Shown here in pieces: positions 1-8,923 of a DNA stretch of 64,000 nt. How positions within the stretch are numbered: position 1 is the first letter of the stretch; every line of letters starts with the position of its first letter. The translations under genes were made by a program, and so were the position numbers. The DNA lies in the NCBI GenBank assembly GCA_963795855.1, contig CAWCIZ010000003.1, positions 800,001 to 864,000 on the forward strand, given 5' to 3'. Origin of the DNA: Vulcanimicrobiota bacterium. Its GTDB lineage: Bacteria; Vulcanimicrobiota; Vulcanimicrobiia; Vulcanimicrobiales; Vulcanimicrobiaceae. The notes beneath the pieces were generated by a model. It worked only from the letters and a program-made list of their open reading frames with translations. It was not told the origin of the DNA and made no database searches.

Positions 1-96
1 TGTATCAGAATTGTTAATTACCCGGGATGCGTGTCCTGCGCCGCAAAGGCCTGCGCGGTAGGGCAGCCTTGCTGCCCGCAAGAAAGTGATGCCGCC

Positions 97-399
97 ATGT
101 CCGCCTCTTATCTCTTGGAGGTCCTCAGCGGGCCCCTGGACGGAAAAACCTGGACGTTCGATGACGAGATCGTCATCGGCCGCGACGAAACGCTCGCCGA
201 TGCGTGCATTACGCTGGACCGGTACATTTCGCGCCGCCACGCGCGGCTACGCGCGCAAGCCGGCACTTTGCTGCTCGCCGACCTGAAAAGCAGAAACGGC
301 ACGCGGATCGACGACCGGCCGGTCAGTGACGAACAGCCGCTCGAAATCGGTGCTCCCTTTCAGGTGGGCCGGACGGTGCTGCGGGTTACCAGACGCTAA
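97..399 (+). CDS. FHA domain protein
   Basis: IGR...ISRRHA...DLKSRNGT FHA motifs; ATG at 97 preferred over GTG at 31. Confidence 0.85.
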   Translation: MSASYLLEVLSGPLDGKTWTFDDEIVIGRDETLADACITLDRYISRRHARLRAQAGTLLLADLKSRNGTRIDDRPVSDEQPLEIGAPFQVGRTVLRVTRR

Positions 400-404
400 A
401 AACC

Positions 405-1250
405 ATGCAGCTCGTGACGGCGGCTGCGCCCGCTCGAGCGGCACTTGCCGCTCTGCCGCGCCCGCTCGGATTCGTACCGACCATGGGTGCCCTCCACGCG
501 GGACATCTCCGGCTCGTGCAGGCGGCGCGTGAACGATGCAGTGCGGTTGCCGTGAGCGTGTTCGTCAATCCGATGCAATTCGGGCCGGGCGAAGACTTCG
601 ACCGCTACCCGCGCGACGTCGAGGCAGATCGGCGCAAGCTCGATGCGTGCGGCGTGGACGTGCTGCTGGCGCCCGACCTGGAAGCGATGTATCCGCCCGA
701 TTTTTCTACGTCGGTCGACGTCGGCGATATGGCGAAGACGTACGAGGGCGCAATTCGTCCGGCGCATTTCCGCGGCGTCGCGACGGTCGTCGCGAAACTC
801 CTGAACATCGTTCGCCCCGACGTGCTTTTTCTCGGCCAGAAAGACGCACAGCAGACGGCCGTGCTGCGCAAAACCGTTCGCGATCTGGATTTTCCGCTCC
901 GCGTGGAGATCGTTCCCACCGTGCGCGAACCGGATGGGCTCGCGCTTTCGAGCCGAAACGTGTATCTTACGCCGCAGCAGCGCGCCGCGGCCCCGTCGCT
1001 GCATCTAGCGCTGGAAAGAATGCTTGCGGAATTGCGCGCGGGGAGCGATGCGAACGCTGCTCGCGGGCGCGCGCAAAACGTGCTCGACGCCTGCGCGTCG
1101 CTCGATTATCTCGACGTGGTCGACATGGACACGTTCGCACCGCAGCAGCATTTGCACGCGCCGGCGTTCGTCATCGGTGCCGCTCGTTTCGGAACGACGC
1201 GTTTGCTCGACAACTTGCTCGTCCTGGGAGATCGCGATGACGGCGTTTGA
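405..1250 (+). CDS. panC: Pantoate--beta-alanine ligase
   Basis: VPTMGALHAGH, FVNPMQF, RPAHFRGVATVV, GQKDAQQ, LSSRN motifs. Confidence 0.97.
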   Translation: MQLVTAAAPARAALAALPRPLGFVPTMGALHAGHLRLVQAARERCSAVAVSVFVNPMQFGPGEDFDRYPRDVEADRRKLDACGVDVLLAPDLEAMYPPDFSTSVDVGDMAKTYEGAIRPAHFRGVATVVAKLLNIVRPDVLFLGQKDAQQTAVLRKTVRDLDFPLRVEIVPTVREPDGLALSSRNVYLTPQQRAAAPSLHLALERMLAELRAGSDANAARGRAQNVLDACASLDYLDVVDMDTFAPQQHLHAPAFVIGAARFGTTRLLDNLLVLGDRDDGV

Positions 1251-2442
1251 CGGCGCGCGCATTCTGCTATGCGTGACCGGCGGCGTCGCGGCATATAAAG
1301 CCGCCGCGTTAACCAGCACGCTCGTGCAGGCAGGCGCGCTGGTGGACGTCGTCATGACGGCGGAAGCCGAACGCTTCATCGCTCCGCTCACGTTCTCGTC
1401 GCTGACCGCGCGTCCCGTGTACACGTCGCTGTGGGACGCGCCCGAACGCATTCCGCACATTCGTCTCGTGCGCGAAGCGCGCGTCGCAATCGTCGTGCCT
1501 GCCACCGCGAACCTTCTCGCCAAACTCGCGCATGGAATAGCGGACGATCTCGTGACGACGGCGCTCTTGGCCGCGCGCATTCCGATCGTCATCGCACCCG
1601 CGATGAACGATGCGATGTACGGCAACGAAGCGACGAAGACGAATCTTCGCACGCTGGCCGAGCGCGGCGTTACGTTCGTCGATCCCGACTCGGGATTCTT
1701 GGCCGAACGGGAGCGCGGCGTAGGGCGCCTCGCCTCGGAAGAGGCGATCCTCGGTGTGCTGGAAACCGTGCTCGCGCGTACACAATCGCTGCGAGGAACG
1801 CGCGTCGTCATCACCGCGGGCCCTACGCGCGAAGCGTTCGATCCGGTTCGGTTCGTCAGCAATCCGTCGACTGGCGCAACCGGCATCGCCTTGGCGCGCG
1901 AGGCGGCGCAGCGGGGCGCGGACGTGACGCTGATCCTCGGTCCGACCGATTTAGAACCGCCCACGGGCGTGCGCGTCGCGCGCGTAGAAACCGCGCGTGA
2001 GATGCTCGATGCTTCGCTCGAACACGCTTCGGGATGCGCGCTTTTCATCGCATCGGCCGCGGTATCCGATTGGCGGCCCGAAACCGTGCAAACGCAGAAG
2101 GTGAAGAAGACGGACGCCGATCTCACCGTGACGATGGCGCGCAATCCGGACGTTTTGGCCGCAGTCGCCGAACGCAAAGGCGAAGCGTTCCTCGTCGGCT
2201 TCGCCGCCGAGACGCAGGACCACGAAGCGAACGCGCGCGAGAAGCTGCAGCGCAAGAAGCTGGACGCGATCGTCGTGAACGACGTTTCCGGAAAGCGGGC
2301 GTGGGGAGCACAGCGCAATTCGCTCACCGTTCTTTGGGGCGCGCACGGCCGTCGCGACATCGGCCAAGCCTCGAAAACGGTGTTGGCGGCGCGGCTGCTG
2401 GATTGCATTCACGAGCTTCGGAGCGGTAAGCCGTGCTCTTGA
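1237..2442 (+). CDS. coaBC: Bifunctional phosphopantothenoylcysteine decarboxylase/ligase
   Basis: TGGVAAYKA, PATAN, PAMN, TAGPTRE, GFAAET motifs; ATG 1237 overlaps the end of panC. Confidence 0.96.
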   Translation: MTAFDGARILLCVTGGVAAYKAAALTSTLVQAGALVDVVMTAEAERFIAPLTFSSLTARPVYTSLWDAPERIPHIRLVREARVAIVVPATANLLAKLAHGIADDLVTTALLAARIPIVIAPAMNDAMYGNEATKTNLRTLAERGVTFVDPDSGFLAERERGVGRLASEEAILGVLETVLARTQSLRGTRVVITAGPTREAFDPVRFVSNPSTGATGIALAREAAQRGADVTLILGPTDLEPPTGVRVARVETAREMLDASLEHASGCALFIASAAVSDWRPETVQTQKVKKTDADLTVTMARNPDVLAAVAERKGEAFLVGFAAETQDHEANAREKLQRKKLDAIVVNDVSGKRAWGAQRNSLTVLWGAHGRRDIGQASKTVLAARLLDCIHELRSGKPCS

Positions 2443-3209
2443 CCATCGACGTCGGGAACACGGAAACCAAACTCGGCGCCTTTGCGATGAACGGCTCGGA
2501 GCTGCTGCAGTTTTGGCGCGTCACGACCGAATCGAAACGCACGGCGGACGAATACGGCGTATTTTTCGCGCAGCTTTTCGCGACTGCGGAGTTGCGCGCT
2601 TCGGACGTCGAAGCGGTCGTGATTTCCAGCGTGGTGCCGAAGCTCGACCAAACGCTCGAACACGCGTGCAAGCGCTATCTCGGGTGCAGCCCGCTGTTTT
2701 TCAAATCGCATCGCCAAACGCTCATGCCTATTCTGACCGACCGCCCGGGCGAAGTCGGCGCGGATCTCGTCGCTGCGTCCATCGGCGCGCGCGAGTTGTA
2801 CGGTTCGCCGCTCATAGTCATCAGCTACGGCACGGCAACGGTGTTCATGGCCGTTTCGTCACGGGGCGAATACGAGGGCGTGGCAATCGCGCCGGGCATC
2901 AACATTTCCATCGACGCGCTCGTTGGGCGCACGGCGAAGCTGCCGCAGATCGCGCTCGAAGCACCCGGGCGCGCGATTGGAACCGACACGATTTCGGCGC
3001 TGCAATCGGGCATCGTCTACGGATTCGTCGGCCAGACCGAGGCGCTGGTTGCGCGCATGCGCGCCGAGATGGGCGTGGACGCCAAGGTGGTTGCGACCGG
3101 CGGCATGGCGGACGTCGTCGCGCGGCACACTGCCGTCGTGCACGCGGTCAACCCGCATCTGAGTTTGATCGGCCTGCGGCTGTTCTACCAGAAGCGCGAT
3201 CCCGGCTAA
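2433..3209 (+). CDS. coaX: Type III pantothenate kinase
   Basis: IDVGNTET, SSVVP, GAD, GTAT, ATGG motifs; CoA operon context. Confidence 0.95.
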   Translation: MLLTIDVGNTETKLGAFAMNGSELLQFWRVTTESKRTADEYGVFFAQLFATAELRASDVEAVVISSVVPKLDQTLEHACKRYLGCSPLFFKSHRQTLMPILTDRPGEVGADLVAASIGARELYGSPLIVISYGTATVFMAVSSRGEYEGVAIAPGINISIDALVGRTAKLPQIALEAPGRAIGTDTISALQSGIVYGFVGQTEALVARMRAEMGVDAKVVATGGMADVVARHTAVVHAVNPHLSLIGLRLFYQKRDPG

Positions 3210-3236
3210 GACCGTAGGCAGGGGCGGCGGGCGCCG

Positions 3237-3245
3237 TGCTATACT
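3237..3245 (+). promoter_or_regulatory. Extended -10 element (TGcTATACT) 9 nt upstream of dusB
   Basis: TATACT at 3240-3245 preceded by TG; no Shine-Dalgarno before the ATG at 3255. Confidence 0.6.
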
Positions 3246-3254
3246 ACGCACCGT

Positions 3255-4268
3255 ATGAATCCCCGGACCGTCGAGCCGCTGATCATCGGACCGCACGCTA
3301 TCTGGCCGCCGCTCATTCTGGCGCCGATGTCGGGCGTGACCAACCGCACCATGCGGGCGCTTTACAAGCCCTTCGGTCTGGGCTTGACCGTCACCGAATT
3401 CGTCTCGGCCAACGCGCTGCAGTACGCTTCGAGCGCCAAGCGCACGATGGAGATGATCGATCAGCACGGGCTTGAAAAGCCGGTCAGCACGCAGCTCTGG
3501 GGTGACGATCCGGATGTGATGGCAAAGGCCGCAAAAGTCGTGCGCGAATGCGGCGCCGACATCGTCGACATCAACTTCGGATGCCCCGCACCGAAGATCA
3601 CCAAAATCAACGGCGGTTCGGCGTGCCTTCGCGACGTCGACCGGTGCGAAGCCATTATGCAAGCGGTCGTGAACGCCGTCGATTGTCCGGTTACGATGAA
3701 GATGCGGCTGGGCTGGGGCGAGAGCGACTTGGTGTACGTCGACGTGGCGAAACGCGCGCAGAAGGTCGGCGTGCGCGCCGTCACCTTGCACGCGCGGACC
3801 GCCAAACAGTTTTATAAAGGCAGCGCGAACTGGGAGCACATCAAGCGCCTCAAGCAGTCCGTTGACATCCCCGTCATCGGCAACGGCGACTTGGACGAGG
3901 CGCATCAAGCGATGCAGCGCATGCGTGAGAGCGGCGTGGATGCGATCATGCTGGGACGCGCGACGCTCGGCAATCCGTGGCTCATCTCGCAGATCCGCGA
4001 CCTCATGGAAGGGCGCGACGCGCAGGCGATGCCGTCGCCCGCCGACCGTTTGCGCTATGCGATTCGCGTGCACTATGCCGTGATGATCGAAGAGTTGGGA
4101 GAATCGCGCGCCGTGCCGCAGATGCGCAAGCATCTGGCGCTGTACCTCAAAGGGATTCCGGGCGCTGCGATGCTGCGCGAGCGCATCATGCATCTCGATC
4201 GGGCGCCCGACGTCGTCAACGTGGTCGAGGAAACGATCGCGTCGCTCGAACGCGCGGTGGCGGCGTGA
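3255..4268 (+). CDS. dusB: tRNA-dihydrouridine synthase
   Basis: LAPMSGVT, DINFGCP, HARTAKQ, IGNGD, MLGRA motifs. Confidence 0.93.
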   Translation: MNPRTVEPLIIGPHAIWPPLILAPMSGVTNRTMRALYKPFGLGLTVTEFVSANALQYASSAKRTMEMIDQHGLEKPVSTQLWGDDPDVMAKAAKVVRECGADIVDINFGCPAPKITKINGGSACLRDVDRCEAIMQAVVNAVDCPVTMKMRLGWGESDLVYVDVAKRAQKVGVRAVTLHARTAKQFYKGSANWEHIKRLKQSVDIPVIGNGDLDEAHQAMQRMRESGVDAIMLGRATLGNPWLISQIRDLMEGRDAQAMPSPADRLRYAIRVHYAVMIEELGESRAVPQMRKHLALYLKGIPGAAMLRERIMHLDRAPDVVNVVEETIASLERAVAA

Positions 4269-5536
4269 AGGTTGAACTCGAGCCCGCCGGCGGGCAATCG
4301 CTGTACGACGAAGCCTACGAAAACTATAAGAACTACGTGAATCCGCCGCTCGCGCGGGTCATGAAACTTTCCGGCAGCCCGGTGGAAGTGCGCGCGCAAG
4401 GCTGCACCGTGTGGGATCAAAACGGCAAGGCGTATCTCGATTTCGCCGGCGGCTACGGCGTCTTCACGCTCGGGCACAGCCATCCCAAAGTCATCGCGGC
4501 GGTAAAGGCGCAGATGGAGCTGATGTCGCTGTCGGGCAAGACGATGTTCAACATCATGCTGGGCCGCGCGTCGAAACGGCTGGCGGAACTGGCGCCCGGC
4601 GATTTGCAGATCTCATTCTTCGGAAACAGCGGCGCCGAAGCCGTCGAAGGCGCGATAAAGCTCGCGCGCAAGGCGTCGGGGCGAACGAAGATCGTCGCGA
4701 CGAACAACGCGTACCACGGGAAGACGCTGGGCGCGCTTTCCGCGAGCGGGCGCGACTACTTCAAAAGCGCGTATGCCCCGCTGCTCGAGGGCGTCGCGCA
4801 CGCGCAATACGGCGTGGCGGACGGATTGGAAGAACTGCTCGCCGACGCTGCAGCGTTCATCGTCGAACCCGTGCAAGGCGAAGGCGGCGTCAACGTTCCG
4901 CCCGCCGGGTATTTGCGTGAAGTTCGTGCGCTGTGCGATCGCACGGGCGCGCTGTTCGTCGCCGATGAAGTGCAAACCGGTCTGGGCCGGTGCGGCATGC
5001 TGTTCGGCTGCAACCGCGACGGCGTCGTTCCCGACGTCATGACGCTTGCCAAAGGCTTGTCGGGCGGAATCATACCGGTCGGCGCGTACATTGCGCGCCC
5101 GGGCGTGTGGAACGCGGCGTACGCAAAAGATCCGGTCATGCATACGTCGACCTTTGGCGGCAACGAACTCGCATGCGCCGCGGCGCTCGCCGCGATGGAC
5201 GCGTTAATCGAGGAAGACTTGGTCGAGAACGCGCGCGCGCGCGGCGAAGAGTTGCTTTCCGGCGCGCGCGAACTCGCACGCAAATATCCCGCCGTCGTCA
5301 AAGAAGCGCGTGGTTTGGGACTGCTCGTCGGCGTCGAACTAACGAGTGAAGGCTACGGGGGCTGGATCATTCCGGAGATGGTCAAGCGCGGCGTTACGGC
5401 CGCGTGGACGCTGAATATGCAGCGCGTGATTCGCCTGGAGCCGCCGCTCGTCGTCACGCAAGGCGAAGTGGAACGGGCTTTGGATGCGCTCGAAGCAGGG
5501 CTGGCGACTGCCCAAGAGAAGCTCGGCGCACTCTAG
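4265..5536 (+). CDS. Class III PLP-dependent aminotransferase (putrescine/ornithine aminotransferase-like)
   Basis: SGAEAVEGA, YHGKT, EPVQGEGG, DEVQTG, TLAKGL, STFGGN; GTG start overlaps dusB stop (GTGA). Confidence 0.9.
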   Translation: MKVELEPAGGQSLYDEAYENYKNYVNPPLARVMKLSGSPVEVRAQGCTVWDQNGKAYLDFAGGYGVFTLGHSHPKVIAAVKAQMELMSLSGKTMFNIMLGRASKRLAELAPGDLQISFFGNSGAEAVEGAIKLARKASGRTKIVATNNAYHGKTLGALSASGRDYFKSAYAPLLEGVAHAQYGVADGLEELLADAAAFIVEPVQGEGGVNVPPAGYLREVRALCDRTGALFVADEVQTGLGRCGMLFGCNRDGVVPDVMTLAKGLSGGIIPVGAYIARPGVWNAAYAKDPVMHTSTFGGNELACAAALAAMDALIEEDLVENARARGEELLSGARELARKYPAVVKEARGLGLLVGVELTSEGYGGWIIPEMVKRGVTAAWTLNMQRVIRLEPPLVVTQGEVERALDALEAGLATAQEKLGAL

Positions 5537-5540
5537 CGGA

Positions 5541-6005
5541 ATGCCGTACGTCGAAACATCCATCGTGATTGCCGCTCCCGCTCGCGTCGTCTACGAATTG
5601 GCCAAACAACAGGAACGCTTTCCGGACTTCATGCCCGACGTCGAAACGGTAACGGTGCTGGAGCGCCATCCCGATCATCTGCTCACGCGGTGGAAAACCC
5701 TAGTCGAAGAAGCGCCGATCGAATGGGTCGAGGAAGACCGTTTCAACGACGCCGAGCTTCGCATCGATTACAAACTGCTCGAGGGTGATTTGGACAAATT
5801 CGAGGGCGCGTGGACGTTTGCGGAAAACGGCGGAGAAACGCACGTCGTTCTGGGCGTTGACTACGATTTCGGCGTTCCGACGCTCGCGGAGCTGATCGGC
5901 CCGACGCTCGAACGCAAAGTGCGCGAGAACAGCGACATGATGCTCGCAGCCCTTAAGCGCGAAGCGGAGGGTGCAGCGGGCGCACACGGGGAGAGCGTAC
6001 TGTGA
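5541..6005 (+). CDS. SRPBCC/START-fold (polyketide cyclase-like) ligand-binding protein
   Basis: IAAPARVVY...FPDFMPDV...GDLDKFEGAWTF pattern. Confidence 0.85.
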   Translation: MPYVETSIVIAAPARVVYELAKQQERFPDFMPDVETVTVLERHPDHLLTRWKTLVEEAPIEWVEEDRFNDAELRIDYKLLEGDLDKFEGAWTFAENGGETHVVLGVDYDFGVPTLAELIGPTLERKVRENSDMMLAALKREAEGAAGAHGESVL

Positions 6006-6016
6006 ACGCCTGTAAC

Positions 6017-7126
6017 ATGCCGAAATTCTGTTTCGTCGTGCATCCGCTCTCGATTGACGATATCGAAAGATACGAACCGAGTGCCAAAGGCAAAGGCCCG
6101 GCAATCATCCGCAAGATCATGGAGTGGATGCCGCCGTGGGCCGCCGTCCACGTGACCGGCGTGCGCACGCCCGACGGACGCGAGACCGAAGGATGGTTCG
6201 TTTCCGCCGCGCTGTTTCCGGAACAGATGATCGAGTTTCCGCGTGAAGAGGTCTACAAACGGATCGTTCGCGCGATTGAAATCGGTGCGGAATTGGGCGC
6301 CGAAGTCGCCGGGCTCGGCGCGTTCACCGGCGTTGTGGGCGACGGCGGCGTCACGGTCGCCGAGCGTTCGCCGATTCCGGTAACGACCGGAAACTCGCTG
6401 ACAATCGCAGCGGGCATCCAAAGCCTATTCCGCGGCGCCGAAGAGATGCAAATCGATGCGAAGGACGCAACGGCGGTGATCGTCGGCGCAACGGGGTCCA
6501 TCGGATCGGCATGCGTCCACCTCGTCGCGCCCAGAGTCAAACACGTCGTTCTCGTCGCGCGCAACCAAACGCGCCTTGCGAAATTTCACGAGTCGGTCCG
6601 CGACGATCTTCCGTGCAGTTCATCGGCGACGACGGATATCTCCCAAGCCGTTCGCCAAGGCCGGCTGATCTTGACCGCGACCAGTTCCACGCAGGATGTG
6701 ATCCAACCGGAGGACTTGCAAACCGGTGCCGTCGTCTGTGAACTTTCGCTTCCGCATGACGTGAGCCGGCGCGTCGCGCAGGACCGGCCCGACGTCTTGG
6801 TTACCGAAGGCGGAAACATGCTCGTGCCGGGAAACGTGCGTTTCGAACGCGTGCGGGAACCCGGTTTGGATTGGGATACGAATTTGCCGCCGCGCACGGC
6901 GCTCGCGTGCATGAGCGAAACGATGGTGCTCGCGCTGGAGAACCGCCTCGAGTGTTACACGCTCGGCCGCGGTATCGAACTGGGCAAAGTCGTCGAAATT
7001 GCGGAGATGGCGCAGCGTTGCGGCTTCACGCTCGCGACCATGCGCGCATTCGATACCGCGATCACGCCGGAAAGAATCGCCGCGACGCGTGCTGCAGCGC
7101 AAGAGCGCCGCAAGGTCTTCGCATGA
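6017..7126 (+). CDS. Acyl-ACP/thioester reductase-like Rossmann protein (AAR/PigE-N family; often labelled shikimate dehydrogenase)
   Basis: FVVHPLS, GLGAFT, TTGNSLT, GATGSIG, and ACMSETMVLALE containing a candidate catalytic Cys. Confidence 0.75.
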   Translation: MPKFCFVVHPLSIDDIERYEPSAKGKGPAIIRKIMEWMPPWAAVHVTGVRTPDGRETEGWFVSAALFPEQMIEFPREEVYKRIVRAIEIGAELGAEVAGLGAFTGVVGDGGVTVAERSPIPVTTGNSLTIAAGIQSLFRGAEEMQIDAKDATAVIVGATGSIGSACVHLVAPRVKHVVLVARNQTRLAKFHESVRDDLPCSSSATTDISQAVRQGRLILTATSSTQDVIQPEDLQTGAVVCELSLPHDVSRRVAQDRPDVLVTEGGNMLVPGNVRFERVREPGLDWDTNLPPRTALACMSETMVLALENRLECYTLGRGIELGKVVEIAEMAQRCGFTLATMRAFDTAITPERIAATRAAAQERRKVFA

Positions 7127-8028
7127 AGTCCGTCGTTTCCGTATCGCTCGGAAGCAGCACTCGCGATCATCGCGCACAGGTACGTCTCCTCGGCGAAGAC
7201 TTCGACATCTCGCGCGTCGGGACCGACGGAAAGCTCGATGCGGCGATCGCCAAAGTGCACGAACTCGACGGTAAAGTCGACGCAATCGGCTTGGGCGGCA
7301 TCGACGTTTATCTGTATGCCGGAAAGCACCGCTATGCGCTGCGCGACGGTCTGCGTTTGCTCGAAGCAGCGAAAACGACGCCGGTGGTCGACGGCAGCGG
7401 CCTGAAGAATACGCTCGAGCGGGAAGCGGTGCGCTTCATACAAGAGGATTTGGGCATCGATCTGAAAGGCATGCACGTGCTCATGGTCAGCGCGCTGGAT
7501 CGCTTCGGCATGGCGCAAGCGCTGGTCGATGCGGGCGCTGACGTGCTCTTCGGCGACTTCATCTTCGCGCTCGATCTCGACAAACCGGTCAAAGGGTTGC
7601 ACGAGTTCGAGGAAATGGCGGAAAAGTATCTGCCGGATGCGTGCAAACTGCCGTTTCAGTTTTTTTATCCCACCGGCAAGAAACAAGATCGGCCGCCGCA
7701 GCCGAAGTATCCGCAGTACTACCATGACGCGGACATCGTCGCCGGCGATTTTCACTTCATGCGCCAGTTCATGCCGGACGACATGACGGGCAAGATCGTC
7801 CTCACCAACACGGTCACGGAGAACGACGTGGACGAGCTGCGCAAACGCGGCGTGAAACTGCTGGTCACCACGACGCCCGATTTTCAGGGCCGCTCCTTCG
7901 GAACCAACGTGGTCGAGGCGGCGCTCCTGGTGCTGCTCGGAAAGACCTGGTCCGAGGTCACGCCGGCCGACTACGAGCGTTTGCTTGAGAATCTCCATCT
8001 GCAGCCCCGCGTGCTCAGCCTGAACTAG
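7123..8028 (+). CDS. Uncharacterised protein of the family usually labelled quinate 5-dehydrogenase
   Basis: VSVSLGSSTRD, GLGGID, VDGSGLKNTLER, GRSFGTNVVEA; ATGA overlap with upstream gene. Confidence 0.7.
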   Translation: MKSVVSVSLGSSTRDHRAQVRLLGEDFDISRVGTDGKLDAAIAKVHELDGKVDAIGLGGIDVYLYAGKHRYALRDGLRLLEAAKTTPVVDGSGLKNTLEREAVRFIQEDLGIDLKGMHVLMVSALDRFGMAQALVDAGADVLFGDFIFALDLDKPVKGLHEFEEMAEKYLPDACKLPFQFFYPTGKKQDRPPQPKYPQYYHDADIVAGDFHFMRQFMPDDMTGKIVLTNTVTENDVDELRKRGVKLLVTTTPDFQGRSFGTNVVEAALLVLLGKTWSEVTPADYERLLENLHLQPRVLSLN

Positions 8029-8221
8029 CGGGCCCACGATCGGCTGCCACCTTTGCGGCAGAGGGCGGGTTCACGCATACATAACCGGGATGTGGGGAAA
8101 AGCAGCAGGCCAGTACCCCGGGCATTGCGAACCAACCGCGCCAGCGCCCCCGCTTTAGGGGCGCTTCATTGCAGAGGCCGTCCGGTTTTGGCCGGACGCC
8201 TTCATTACTGAGGGTCCGTAC

Positions 8222-8740
8222 TTGAACGAGAAAGAGATCGTCCTTACCAGAGAGGGTCTGGAAAAGCTCGAGCGTGAGCTCGACGATCTGAAGACCATCC
8301 ACCGCAGGGAAGTCAACGACCGCATCCGCCAGGCCAAAGAGTTCGGCGATCTCAGCGAAAACGCGGAGTACGAGGACGCCAAGCAAGAGCAGGCCTTCAT
8401 CGAGGGCCGCATCCTGAAGCTCGAGTCGATGATCCGCAATGCGCGGCTGATAGAAGAGTCCGATTACGCGGCGGGTGAAGTGCACCTCGGCTGCACGGTG
8501 AAGGTGAAAGACCTCAAGACCGGTTCGAGCCACGAGTTTTCAATCGTCGGCTCCGCAGAGGCAGATCCGGCGAACCACCGCATCAGCAACGAGTCGCCCC
8601 TGGGCCGCGCGCTCATGGGGCACAAGAAAGCGGAAACGGTCGACGTCGTCACGCCGCGCGGCACGGTCAAGTACAAAGTCGAATCGATTAAGAGCGGCGG
8701 CATCGCCGCCCCGAAAAAGGCCGCAAAAAAGGCTTCTTAG
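8222..8740 (+). CDS. greA: Transcription elongation factor GreA
   Basis: GDLSENAEY and ISNESPLGRAL motifs. Confidence 0.97.
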   Translation: MNEKEIVLTREGLEKLERELDDLKTIHRREVNDRIRQAKEFGDLSENAEYEDAKQEQAFIEGRILKLESMIRNARLIEESDYAAGEVHLGCTVKVKDLKTGSSHEFSIVGSAEADPANHRISNESPLGRALMGHKKAETVDVVTPRGTVKYKVESIKSGGIAAPKKAAKKAS

Positions 8741-8774
8741 TCAGAACCCGCCGTACCCATTTCCAGGAGCACTC

Positions 8775-8804
8775 GAAAACCCGCATCCGTGCGGGTTTTC
8801 TGTT
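8775..8804 (+). terminator. Probable intrinsic terminator after greA
   Basis: GAAAACCCGCA-TCCG-TGCGGGTTTTC hairpin followed by TGTT. Confidence 0.75.
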
Positions 8805-8923
8805 GCGATGCTTTTTCGAGAGAACAAGTTTTGAAGCAGCCATCCTGGCCGGTTCGAAAAAGCCCAACGCTCCTGGAAACGGATACGACGGGTGCCTGAC
8901 TGTTCGCTGAGAACTATTGCGCG

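Noticed and set aside
8174..8202. GC hairpin upstream of greA as a riboswitch or attenuator
   Set aside because: A single stem with no recognisable aptamer or U-tract; insufficient evidence without covariance analysis.
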